Positions 9,233-18,185 are shown, counted from the stretch's first letter. The stretch is DNA of 44,635 nucleotides from Promethearchaeota archaeon (GCA_004524535.1 SDNY01000014.1:1-44635); one strand, 5' to 3'. Made by a program: numbers and translations. Notes: a model not told the origin generated them from the letters alone.

Positions 9233-9249
9233 TATTCCTTACCTCCATT

Positions 9250-10605
9250 TTATTCTTCAGGGGGTTGCCTTTGAAAATCATCTTTACAATTCCCACATTT
9301 GCATTTCCAATCCTCGGGCAAGTCTTTATATAATAAATCTTGTTTTGCCTCATCATAAACATATCCACATCCTTCACATTTCCATTTATATATGCCAACA
9401 GCCTTGCGTAGCTCATCTTCTTGAATCTCCGAATCCATATTCTTGTTAACATATGGGATGGCCTTTTTTTCCCCAAATAAGATTGCTCCTTTAAGTTTAT
9501 TATCTTTAAGGATAATTTTTTTATAACAATTCCCTTTCTTATCTACAGCTTTCAGAATTTCCCATCCTGCTCCTACTTGATCAATATCTTCGGGATCGAA
9601 CACTCCTACTGAAGTTAAATCGATTCCAACTATCTTAAGTGTATTTTTTGGTACAGTACCATGATATTCTATAGTTTTCTTACCAAGCACTGAAGCGGCA
9701 ATTATTTTAGATTGTTCTATACATGCGGGAATAATACCCCAAGTTTGATTATTAAATTCAATGCAGTCGCCAATAGCATAAACATCCTCTACACTTGTCT
9801 CTAAATATTTATTTACTATAATTCCTCGATTAGTTTCCAATCCTGCCTGTCTTGCTAAGTCTAGGGTTGCTCTAATTCCAGCTTGAATCAACACTATTTC
9901 TGCCTCAAATTCACGTCCATCTTTTAATTTAATTCCTTTTACTTTCTCGTCTCCAAGAATCTCTTCTGTAGCGGCGCTAAGAACAACCTTAATTCCCATA
10001 TCCTCAATAACTTTTTCTAACATTCCTCCGCAATCGACATCTAGTTGTCTTGGTAAGAGCCTCGGGAAAAACTCCACAACAGTAGTGTCTAATCCACAAT
10101 TTTTTATCTGTTTAGCAAGTTCAAGACCTAATAAACCGCCTCCAATAATGATCGCTTTTGAAACCTTATTTTTATCGATATATTCTTTTATTTCTAAAGC
10201 ATTATCAATATTTCTTAATGTAAAAACTCCTTTACCAATCATTTCATTTGCATTCTTAATTTGAGGAATATTTGGCATGCTACCTGTTGCGATAATTAAT
10301 TTATCATACTCAATCGGCTCACTCTCTCCCTCAAAGAACACATGCTTATGTTCAGGATGAATTCTGTTTATTTTCTTACCTAAAGTGGTCTTTATATTCT
10401 TCGTGTTATACCATTCTTGTTTAAATACAATCAGATCCTCAATAGTTACTTGCTCAGAAATCAATTCCGGAAGTTTAATTCGGGTATAATAGAGATATTT
10501 TTCAAGAGAATATATCTCGATCTCCGCCTCTTTATCAAGCATGCGAATGTTTTGAGCCGAAAAAGTTCCCGCCACATTATTTCCTATAATTACAACTTTC
10601 ATCAT
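9250..10605 (-). CDS. FAD-dependent NAD(P)H oxidoreductase (NirB/NROR family) with C-terminal rubredoxin domain
   Basis: VVIIGNNVAG, IIATGS, IIGGGLLGLE and YAIGD motifs; C-terminal WKCEGCGYVYD...LPEDWKCKCG. Confidence 0.9.
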   Translation of the reverse strand: MMKVVIIGNNVAGTFSAQNIRMLDKEAEIEIYSLEKYLYYTRIKLPELISEQVTIEDLIVFKQEWYNTKNIKTTLGKKINRIHPEHKHVFFEGESEPIEYDKLIIATGSMPNIPQIKNANEMIGKGVFTLRNIDNALEIKEYIDKNKVSKAIIIGGGLLGLELAKQIKNCGLDTTVVEFFPRLLPRQLDVDCGGMLEKVIEDMGIKVVLSAATEEILGDEKVKGIKLKDGREFEAEIVLIQAGIRATLDLARQAGLETNRGIIVNKYLETSVEDVYAIGDCIEFNNQTWGIIPACIEQSKIIAASVLGKKTIEYHGTVPKNTLKIVGIDLTSVGVFDPEDIDQVGAGWEILKAVDKKGNCYKKIILKDNKLKGAILFGEKKAIPYVNKNMDSEIQEDELRKAVGIYKWKCEGCGYVYDEAKQDLLYKDLPEDWKCKCGNCKDDFQRQPPEE

Positions 10606-10654
10606 TTTTTAATGGTTTTTTTAATATTTTAAAGTTTTTATTATAAGTTCTAAA

Positions 10655-10670
10655 TTTGAACATGTTCGAA
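10655..10670. promoter_or_regulatory. Palindromic operator TTTGAACATGTTCGAA
   Basis: Perfect core GAACATGTTC at 10658-10667 between the divergent oxidoreductase and cooS-like genes; the same core recurs at 14581 and 15022. Confidence 0.75.
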
Positions 10671-10776
10671 TAAGGTTTTAAAATAGATATAAAATATATG
10701 CTATTTAGTTTATAAGAACTATATTTATAAACTTAGTTTTCCTAAAGAATTAAAACAAATAAAGGTTTGAAGAAAA

Positions 10777-12681
10777 ATGGAAGGAGAAAGAATTTCATAT
10801 CATAAATCGGTACAAAAAGTCTATGAACGTATAAAAAAAGATGGTATGATTAATATCTGGGATCGGTTTGAAGCTCAAGGATTTGGTGGTGATCCTGATA
10901 AAAGATGTCCATTCTGCTTGAAGGGTGCTAGATGTGATTTATGCTCTAATGGTCCTTGTCGAGCAGATGTATCTATTGATAAGCGAGGGGTCTGTGGAAT
11001 CACAGCGGATGGTATGGCTATGCGGATGATGCTTCTAAGAAACGTAATGGGTACTTCCACATATCATTATCACACAGAAACTACACTAAAAACGTTAAAA
11101 GCGACAATTGAAGGAAAAACTCCGTTTAAAATCAGTGAACCGCAAAAATTAAAAAGTTTTGCAAATCGATTAGGGTTAGATACTTCTGGTTCGGATAATG
11201 ATATTGCTTTAAGATTATATAATGCTGTTAAGGAAGATTTCAATAGACCTTTTGATGAGCCCAGCAAGATTGTTGAAGCTTTAGCACCTAAAGAAAGACA
11301 GGAGGTATGGAAAAAAATTAGAATTTATCCTGGCGGTCTTTATGGTGAAATGATGTTCTCTACAAGTTCATGTTTGACGAATGTAGATGGATACTATGCA
11401 AGCTTAGCCTTAAAAGCAATGCGATTAGGAATCGCTATGGCATATCAAAGTCAAATTGTCAATGAATTTATTCAAGATATTCTTTTTAATGTTCCAAGAC
11501 CTCATAAAATGCGGGTAAATCTTGGTGTATTGGATCCTGATTATGTTAATATTATACCCAATGGACATGAACCGTTCCTTGGATTTGCAATGGTTCAATT
11601 GGCAAGAAAGCCTGAATGGCAAGAGAAAGCGAAAGCGGTTGGTGCTAAAGGCCTTCGAATTATCGCTAATATTGAAACTGGACAGGAAATGATTCAGAGA
11701 TGGGAGATGGACGATGTTTTCTATGGTTTTACGGGAAATTGGATAATGCAAGAAGCAGTTCTTGCAAGCGGATGTATTGATGCATTTGTATGCGATATGA
11801 ATTGTTCAATGCCAATCGATCCACTTTATGCTGAAAAATACAAGTTCAAATTAATTCCCGTATCAGAAGTGGTTGCCTTTGAAGGAATTGATGAAAGACT
11901 TGATTATATCCCTGAAAAAGCAGAAGAACAAGCAGCAACATTGCTTCAAATGGCAATTGATAATTTTAAAGATCGCCATGCAAGCATAGAACCTGTAATA
12001 GGATTAGATATGAATGAGGCTGTAGTTGGCTTTTCTACGGAAAGTATCGTTGAAGCATTAGGTGGATCCTTAACACCTCTTCTTGACGCAATAAAAGATG
12101 GTACTATAAGAGGCGTTGCGGGACTTGTTTCTTGTACAAGTCTTAGAGATAAGGGTCAAGATGTACATACTGTTGCTGTAGCTAAAGAATTAATTAAAAG
12201 AGATGTCTTGGTGCTGTCTATGGGATGTGGAAATGGGGGAGTACAAGTCGCAGGATTATGTTCTCCAGAAGCAAAAGATTTAGCAGGACCTGGTCTCAAG
12301 GCTCTTTGCGAAAAATTGGGCACACCTCCAGTCCTAAGTTATGGAACATGTACGGATACAGGACGGGTGGCTGATCTCATTGCCGCTGTTTCAGATGCAC
12401 TTGGAGGTGTTCCAATCCCTGATTTGCCTGTTGTTGCTGTCGCACCAGAATATATGGAGCAAAAAGCAACTATTGATGCGATTTTTGCCCTCGCGTTTGG
12501 ACTTTACACCTATGTGAATCCTGTTCCTACGGTTACAGGAGGACCAGATTTAGTCAAATTATTAACTGTTGACTGTAAAGATGTTACTGGTGGAATATTA
12601 CATGTTGAAACTGATACGATTCAAGCTGTTGATGCAATGTTAGAACACATTGAAGCAAATCGTAAGAAGTTGGGATTATGA
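10777..12681 (+). CDS. cooS: CO dehydrogenase (CooS)/HCP superfamily protein, CooS-V-like atypical active site
   Basis: CPFC D-cluster motif; B-cluster CDLCSNGPC...VCG; NGHEP, IETGQE, VSCTS, MGCG, YGTCTD and EQKA at the C-cluster-equivalent positions. Confidence 0.88.
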   Translation: MEGERISYHKSVQKVYERIKKDGMINIWDRFEAQGFGGDPDKRCPFCLKGARCDLCSNGPCRADVSIDKRGVCGITADGMAMRMMLLRNVMGTSTYHYHTETTLKTLKATIEGKTPFKISEPQKLKSFANRLGLDTSGSDNDIALRLYNAVKEDFNRPFDEPSKIVEALAPKERQEVWKKIRIYPGGLYGEMMFSTSSCLTNVDGYYASLALKAMRLGIAMAYQSQIVNEFIQDILFNVPRPHKMRVNLGVLDPDYVNIIPNGHEPFLGFAMVQLARKPEWQEKAKAVGAKGLRIIANIETGQEMIQRWEMDDVFYGFTGNWIMQEAVLASGCIDAFVCDMNCSMPIDPLYAEKYKFKLIPVSEVVAFEGIDERLDYIPEKAEEQAATLLQMAIDNFKDRHASIEPVIGLDMNEAVVGFSTESIVEALGGSLTPLLDAIKDGTIRGVAGLVSCTSLRDKGQDVHTVAVAKELIKRDVLVLSMGCGNGGVQVAGLCSPEAKDLAGPGLKALCEKLGTPPVLSYGTCTDTGRVADLIAAVSDALGGVPIPDLPVVAVAPEYMEQKATIDAIFALAFGLYTYVNPVPTVTGGPDLVKLLTVDCKDVTGGILHVETDTIQAVDAMLEHIEANRKKLGL

Positions 12682-12715
12682 TTTATAATTTTACTAATGT
12701 ATTGAGGGAAAAGAA

Positions 12716-13033
12716 ATGGAAGTAGCTTCTATTAAAAATCTGAATAGTTTGATTGAATATCAAGAGAAGTCAGTTGTGAGTAAAACTTTAATCGATAAGA
12801 AAGTTGGTACTGTCACCCTTTTTGCTTTTGATAAAGATCAAGGATTAAGCGAACATACAACTCCTTTTGATGCACTTGTTTACATTTTTGATGGTGAAGC
12901 AGAAATTACAATTAGTGGCAAACCATACCATCTTAAAAAAGATCAAATGCTTATTATGCCCGCAAATGATCCTCACGCACTCAGAGCAATAGAGAAATAT
13001 AAAATGATGCTCATAATGATTAAATCTGATTAA
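12716..13033 (+). CDS. Cupin domain protein
   Basis: TLFAFDKDQGLSEHT...DGEAEITI...MPANDPHAL. Confidence 0.9.
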   Translation: MEVASIKNLNSLIEYQEKSVVSKTLIDKKVGTVTLFAFDKDQGLSEHTTPFDALVYIFDGEAEITISGKPYHLKKDQMLIMPANDPHALRAIEKYKMMLIMIKSD

Positions 13034-13066
13034 AATTGAACTTTTTTCGTATTTAAATTTGGGTAA

Positions 13067-13077
13067 TTTTTTTTTTT
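13067..13077 (+). terminator. Oligo-T terminator after cooS-cupin operon
   Basis: T11 run 33 nt after the cupin stop. Confidence 0.5.
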
Positions 13078-13094
13078 AATTTAATTTCTTAATC

Positions 13095-13106
13095 TTAACA
13101 TGTTAA
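13095..13106. promoter_or_regulatory. Variant palindrome TTAACATGTTAA upstream of second dfx
   Basis: Perfect 12-bp palindrome sharing the AACATGTT core; centre about 45 nt upstream of the ATG, as for the 15022 site. Confidence 0.5.
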
Positions 13107-13145
13107 AAAGAAAAGTGAGGATTAATAAAATAAAGAGGTGTCAAT

Positions 13146-13520
13146 ATGGTAAAAGAAGTTTATAAATGTAATAACTGCGGGACGGTCCTTTTCGCTACTG
13201 CTGACTATATAGAGTGTTGTAAACAAGAAATGAAGTTATTAGAACCAAAAACAGCAGATTGGAAAGGTGAAAAACATGTTCCAAAGATTACAATTGATGG
13301 CAATAACGTAACTGTTGATGTTGGAATCAGTATGGGAGCGCCACACCCAATGACCCCTGAACACTCGATTCAATGGATTAACTTAATAGGTAATGACTTC
13401 TACGAAAAGAAAAATTTAAAACCGGGGGATGAACCAAAAGCAACATTCGTAGTTGCGAATACAGACGGACTTTGGGCACGGGAATATTGTAATCTCCATG
13501 GTTTATGGAAGTCATCTTAA
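13146..13520 (+). CDS. dfx: Desulfoferrodoxin (superoxide reductase), second copy
   Basis: CNNCG...CCKQEM, EKHVP, HPMTPEH and YCNLHGLW motifs; GAGGTG RBS. Confidence 0.93.
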   Translation: MVKEVYKCNNCGTVLFATADYIECCKQEMKLLEPKTADWKGEKHVPKITIDGNNVTVDVGISMGAPHPMTPEHSIQWINLIGNDFYEKKNLKPGDEPKATFVVANTDGLWAREYCNLHGLWKSS

Positions 13521-13527
13521 AACTAAA

Positions 13528-13541
13528 TTTTTTTTTTTTTT
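13528..13541 (+). terminator. Oligo-T terminator after second dfx
   Basis: T14 run 7 nt after the stop codon. Confidence 0.6.
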
Positions 13542-13664
13542 AATCTTATTTCTTAACCTAAATTTTTAGGCTTAAACAACCTTCTTGGAATTAAATTATA
13601 GAATTGTTCAGTATAATTCTTGACTTTTTTATTTATTTTTAGATCTCCATTTAAGAGTTTTTAT

Positions 13665-14510
13665 TCATTTTTTTTGTAATTTTATTGCATCTACGGGACA
13701 AATATCTACACACCTATTACAATAATAACACTCCCCCTTAGAACTATTCTTGTAGCTTTCTTGTGTAGGGCAAATTTTTTCACATAAACCACAATCAGTG
13801 CAAGCTTCTGTTCGACAGTATTTTAACTTACTAAATCGACTTGTAAATCCAGCTAAAGCGCCAAATGGACAAAGTAATCTACACCAAGGTCTATATATAA
13901 AAATACTCAAAACCATTACTGAAATTAACGAAATTAACGGAATTAAGAGCACCATTGCTAAAGGATCTCGGAAAAACGAATATCCTACAAAGGGGTTGAG
14001 TAATTGTAATAAAGCAATATTCCACACTACTATTATTAAAATTACAACTGCAAAAAACGACCATCTAATGATTCTTGCAGTTTTCTCTGATATATCTATT
14101 TTAAACTTTATATTCTTTTGTCCCTTGATACTTGATTTAAATTTTATTTTTGATATTAACTCTTGAACCGCACCAACAGGACAAGCATATCCACAAAATA
14201 TCCGACCAAAGACTAATGTTGTTAATAGTAAGATAATTAATACAATAATCATTGGGATAAGAGAGGTTATAATAGCATTTCCTCCAAGAGCACTCAAAAT
14301 TTGCTGAATTGGCATAACTACATTTGGGATTCCCCCTAATATTATGCCTCCTATGATAATTGATATTAAGTAGATTATTATACTTTTTTTCTTAGTAATC
14401 TTTTGCTTATAAATTAAAACTATAGCTAATGCACTGATAACTATCCAAAATATAAACATTGGTAAAGCAGTTATCATATTTAGTTGCGTGGTGTTATTTT
14501 GATTTATCAT
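13665..14510 (-). CDS. Membrane 4Fe-4S protein (NapH/MauN/FixG-like)
   Basis: Transmembrane segments with GRIFCGYACP and RPWCRLLCP; two CxxCxxCxxxCP motifs. Start set at ATG 14510, 5 nt after AGGAGTGA. Confidence 0.85.
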   Translation of the reverse strand: MINQNNTTQLNMITALPMFIFWIVISALAIVLIYKQKITKKKSIIIYLISIIIGGIILGGIPNVVMPIQQILSALGGNAIITSLIPMIIVLIILLLTTLVFGRIFCGYACPVGAVQELISKIKFKSSIKGQKNIKFKIDISEKTARIIRWSFFAVVILIIVVWNIALLQLLNPFVGYSFFRDPLAMVLLIPLISLISVMVLSIFIYRPWCRLLCPFGALAGFTSRFSKLKYCRTEACTDCGLCEKICPTQESYKNSSKGECYYCNRCVDICPVDAIKLQKK

Positions 14511-14577
14511 AAACATCACTCCTTTTATTTTATATTTCTTTAATTAAACTAAAAAAAATAGCTAATATATAGTTTAA

Positions 14578-14590
14578 TTTGAACATGTTC
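14578..14590. promoter_or_regulatory. Palindromic operator TTTGAACATGTTC
   Basis: Core GAACATGTTC at 14581-14590 in a divergent intergenic region. Confidence 0.72.
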
Positions 14591-14642
14591 TTGTTTAATA
14601 ATAAATTATAAGGAAGGTTATTATTTTATAAATATATTTAAA

Positions 14643-14993
14643 ATGGTGATAATCATTAAAATTATTAATGTTGATGAAGTAGATATTGCGGACACTCCCC
14701 ACAAAGTAGATGTAAGAAAATTAATTTCATATGAACATGCTACTATTGTTCGCATTGAGTTAAAACCAGGAGAGGCATTAAAAATGCATGTTACTCCTGT
14801 TGATGTTTGTTTTTTCATTTTGGAGGGTGAGGGAATAGTACAAATTGGGAAAGAAAAAGAAATTGTCAAAAAAAACAAGCTTATTTTTAGTCCTGCGAAA
14901 ATACCACACACGTTAATGAATGAATCAGATGCCAATTTCAGTTTTTTAGTATTAAAAACTCCCACACCTACAAGTGAAACAAAAATGCTTTAA
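14643..14993 (+). CDS. Cupin domain protein
   Basis: LKPGEALKMHVTP...ILEGEG...SPAKIPHTL. Start is either ATG 14643 or ATT 14655 (5 nt after GGTGA). Confidence 0.88.
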   Translation: MVIIIKIINVDEVDIADTPHKVDVRKLISYEHATIVRIELKPGEALKMHVTPVDVCFFILEGEGIVQIGKEKEIVKKNKLIFSPAKIPHTLMNESDANFSFLVLKTPTPTSETKML

Positions 14994-15019
14994 TCATTTT
15001 TTTCCATTTTTTTTTTTAA

Positions 15020-15033
15020 TTGAACATGTTCGA
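15020..15033. promoter_or_regulatory. Palindromic operator TTGAACATGTTCGA
   Basis: Core at 15022-15031, just after a T11 terminator and 39 nt before the ATG at 15071. Confidence 0.75.
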
Positions 15034-15070
15034 GAGTAAAAATAAATGATGTTCTCACTATTTTTCAAAT

Positions 15071-15835
15071 ATGACTGAAGCAAAGCAAGTAAAAAAAGTC
15101 GTAAGAAAGATAATCGAAATTGATGAGGATTTATGTACTGGATGTGGGAAATGTGTGACCTCGTGCGCAGAAGGAGCTTTAGCAATTATCGATGGAAAGG
15201 CGAAAGTTATAAATGATGTCTTCTGTGATGGTCTGGGAGCTTGTATCGGGGAATGCCCTGAAGATGCATTAAGAATAATTGAACGAGAAGCAGCAGAATT
15301 CGATGAGGAGGCTGTGGAAGAATATTTAGAAAAGCTTAAAGAAAATAAATCATCAATCCAACAATCTACACACTCTCACCAATGCAATTGTCCTTCTTCT
15401 CAGCCAATGGTGTTTGAGGGTAAATGGGAAGAAACCGAAATCACAGGAGATATTCCATCTGCATTGAGACAATGGCCAACAAAACTAACTTTAGTTAATC
15501 CCAACGCACCATACTTCAATAATAAGGAATTAGTAATCGCCTCAGATTGTTCGCCGTTTGCCTATGGTGATTTTCACAGAAAAATCTTGAGAGGGAAGCC
15601 ATTGGTAACAGTCTGCCCCATGTTAGGTCTTGGAGAAGTCGAGTTGGAAAAATTGGAGCAGATATTGAAATTGAATCCTATTGAAAACATTCAGCTGGTG
15701 TTAATGGAAGTTCCTTGCTGTCAAAAAATTAATATGTTTTTGGATCCGATATTGCAAACGATTGGCCGTAAGATATTTGTTGAGAAGACCATAATTGGTA
15801 GAGATGGTTCAATTATTAAAAGCCAGAATGGCTAA
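15071..15835 (+). CDS. 4Fe-4S dicluster protein with Cys-containing C-terminal domain (type often found beside hcp)
   Basis: CTGCGKCVTSC and CDGLGACIGECP; SALRQWP, ASDC, VCP and MEVPCC motifs. Confidence 0.85.
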   Translation: MTEAKQVKKVVRKIIEIDEDLCTGCGKCVTSCAEGALAIIDGKAKVINDVFCDGLGACIGECPEDALRIIEREAAEFDEEAVEEYLEKLKENKSSIQQSTHSHQCNCPSSQPMVFEGKWEETEITGDIPSALRQWPTKLTLVNPNAPYFNNKELVIASDCSPFAYGDFHRKILRGKPLVTVCPMLGLGEVELEKLEQILKLNPIENIQLVLMEVPCCQKINMFLDPILQTIGRKIFVEKTIIGRDGSIIKSQNG

Positions 15836-16485
15836 ATTTTCAAGACAACCTTTTTTTTAATAATTTTTCTTAGCATAACTGATAAGGCAGATTTAGATTT
15901 TCCCAATTCATTAGCTAATTCTTCTAAGGAGATTTTTCGAGGAACTTCAAAAAATCCTGAATTAATTGCTTTTTCTAAAATTTTATCTTCCTCAAAACTT
16001 AATTTAGAACTAGGATCATCAATCTCATAAGGAGAATTACCAATTCTTAATAATTCAAAATCAATTCCTTTATTCTCAAAAAGAGTTAATAATTCATCAA
16101 TTCTTTTCCTCGTTGAAATTAGCTTCCAATAAGCATAGCCCTCCTTGACCTTAACCGGGAAATTTACTAAAACTCCGTATTTTATTACTCCATACAACAA
16201 ATATGGATCTTTTGTTTTCACATTAATTTTAACTTTATTTTCTTCTTTTTCTAAAATACTGAATTCAAAAACTGACCTGTGATTTCTAATTTCTTTAATA
16301 ATTGAATTAATATCATAATGCATTATTTCAACAATGGCATTTCCAATCGATTTTTCTAAATCATATGGTAAAAAATATAAAATTTCCATCTTTACATCAT
16401 GAAATTGACTAAATATATTAGAAAACCATAAATCGACAGGAAACTTGATTTTAATTCTTGCTAAACTTGTTTTATTTGAATCCAT
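15832..16485 (-). CDS. HTH_10 (Bat-like) transcriptional regulator
   Basis: C-terminal LSFEEDKILEKAINSGFFEVPRKISLEELANELGKSKSALSVMLRK. Confidence 0.88.
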   Translation of the reverse strand: MDSNKTSLARIKIKFPVDLWFSNIFSQFHDVKMEILYFLPYDLEKSIGNAIVEIMHYDINSIIKEIRNHRSVFEFSILEKEENKVKINVKTKDPYLLYGVIKYGVLVNFPVKVKEGYAYWKLISTRKRIDELLTLFENKGIDFELLRIGNSPYEIDDPSSKLSFEEDKILEKAINSGFFEVPRKISLEELANELGKSKSALSVMLRKIIKKKVVLKI

Positions 16486-16585
16486 TTTCAATGATAATTA
16501 AGATAGATTTATGAATTTAAGTTATTTTAGTTTTAAATAATTTTTAATAATTAATAATAAATAGATAGGTGTTCCTTCTATTATT

Positions 16586-17185
16586 ATGGTAGAAAATGAT
16601 AATCTACTATTAGGTATATGTGGAAGTCCAAGAAATCAAGGAACTGAATTTGCTGTTGAATATGCATTGGATTATGCTGCAAAAAAATTTGGATTTGAAA
16701 CTGAATTTTGGACAGTGAGAGGAAAGACAATAAAATTCTGCGTCCATTGCGATTATTGCATTCGTGAGAAAAAAGGGTGTATGCAGGTTGATAATTTAGC
16801 GGAGCTCTACCCTATTTTAGAAAAAGCAAAATTTTTACTATTTGGAACACCAATATTTCAAGGTAATTTATCAGGACAACTAAAAACCATTATGGATAGA
16901 TGTAGAGCATTAGTTGCGAAAAATTCAGAAGTATTTAAAAATAAGGTCGGAGCAGCTTTGGCGGTTGGGGGGGATCGAAATGGTGGTCAAGAAATTGCGA
17001 TTAGATCAATCTTAGATTTTTATCAACAGAATCATATAATTTGCGTCTCTGGAGGTGCCTTTGGAGCTAATTTAGGTGCCTCATTATGGACCAAGGATCT
17101 AGGTAAAAAAGGCGTTGAACAGGACGAGGAGGGTTTAAAAGGTATTAGAAAAGTTGTTAAAAGACTTGCTGAATTCAAGAAATAA
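16586..17185 (+). CDS. Iron-sulfur flavoprotein (Isf, flavodoxin-like)
   Basis: GSPRNQGT; compact CVHCDYC-x6-C motif; GTPIF, MDR and GGDRNGGQE. Confidence 0.9.
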   Translation: MVENDNLLLGICGSPRNQGTEFAVEYALDYAAKKFGFETEFWTVRGKTIKFCVHCDYCIREKKGCMQVDNLAELYPILEKAKFLLFGTPIFQGNLSGQLKTIMDRCRALVAKNSEVFKNKVGAALAVGGDRNGGQEIAIRSILDFYQQNHIICVSGGAFGANLGASLWTKDLGKKGVEQDEEGLKGIRKVVKRLAEFKK

Positions 17186-17202
17186 ATAAAAAAAGAAGAT
17201 AA

Positions 17203-17514
17203 TTATGCCTTCAATTTGAATAAATCTTTAAATATTTTTTGAGCTTCTTTCTTCCGGAAACCAGAAATACCCCATAATTCTTTAAACCAATATTTTCCTT
17301 TCCACATTATAACTGGTGTATTTACAACACATCCTTCTTTATCACAAAACATTCCTACAAAATTAGGGTCATTTAATAATTGTTGTACAAATTCCTCATC
17401 GTCAATGTCTTTCTCGACATAGGGAAGCTCATTTTCCTTCATCCATGCTTTAAATTCTTTACAATGCGAGCAGCCCTCTTTTGTAATCACAATAGGTAAT
17501 TGAATATCTGACAT
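17203..17514 (-). CDS. Glutaredoxin-like protein
   Basis: TKEGCSHC...Y.EKDI...TPVI; has a third Cys (FCDKEGC region) insert. Confidence 0.75.
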   Translation of the reverse strand: MSDIQLPIVITKEGCSHCKEFKAWMKENELPYVEKDIDDEEFVQQLLNDPNFVGMFCDKEGCVVNTPVIMWKGKYWFKELWGISGFRKKEAQKIFKDLFKLKA

Positions 17515-17708
17515 ATTACTATTATTAATAAAAGAAATAAAAAACTTTTATCTTCTAACTTATAAATAGAAGAAATTAATTTCATAATAAAGATAATATT
17601 GACATACTCGTGTCGTAAAAGAATTAAAATCTAATTTAAAAAATAATGTGATATAAAATGAAAAAAACCTATAAATCTAAGGAAAATATATAGAAGTATC
17701 CGGGTAAA

Positions 17709-17894
17709 TTAGGTAAAACACTGTTCTTCAGAACATTTAGAGCATAAAATCTCGTCTAAACTCACATATCCACATTCTGGCCCCATAAAACATTCCCATT
17801 GGTTCTTTTTCTCATTAAAAATCATATCCTTCCCACAATGCTCTGGAATTGTTTCAATCCTAGTTCCACATTTAGAACATTTTATCTTTTTCAT
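17709..17894 (-). CDS. Small Cys-rich metal-binding protein
   Basis: CSKC...HCGKDM...C-x5-CG...CSKC; AGGAGG RBS; ATG at 17894. Confidence 0.75.
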   Translation of the reverse strand: MKKIKCSKCGTRIETIPEHCGKDMIFNEKKNQWECFMGPECGYVSLDEILCSKCSEEQCFT

Positions 17895-18185
17895 AATCAA
17901 CCTCCTTAATTTTCTAAGAAAAATATGAGTTACAATGATAAATACTTACCTATTTAGATTTATTGATCAAACAGAATAAGAGATTAAAAATATTAGAAAT
18001 TCTCTTTTTTCTTATAATAAAATATAAACAATATTTGCTGTTATTTGTTTAAGCCTTATTTAATTCAGATTAAAAAATATTAATTCTTTCAAGAGATCTA
18101 TTTTAGATTTAATTGAAATTCTCAACAAAATCTATAAAATATAAACAATAAGTTATAATGGCTAAAGTCTCTAATATTACTCAAT

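Noticed and set aside
10658-10667. GAACATGTTC as a LexA (Cheo) box
   Set aside because: The Firmicute box is GAAC-N4-GTTC; here the spacer is 2 nt, the host looks archaeal and the targets are not SOS genes.
10777-12681. Evidence for a Wood-Ljungdahl pathway or CO oxidation
   Set aside because: The active-site ligands are substituted and no ACS or Ni-maturation genes are nearby.
13272-13281. AAACATGTTC partial match to the operator inside dfx2
   Set aside because: It is explained by codons of the conserved KHVP motif.
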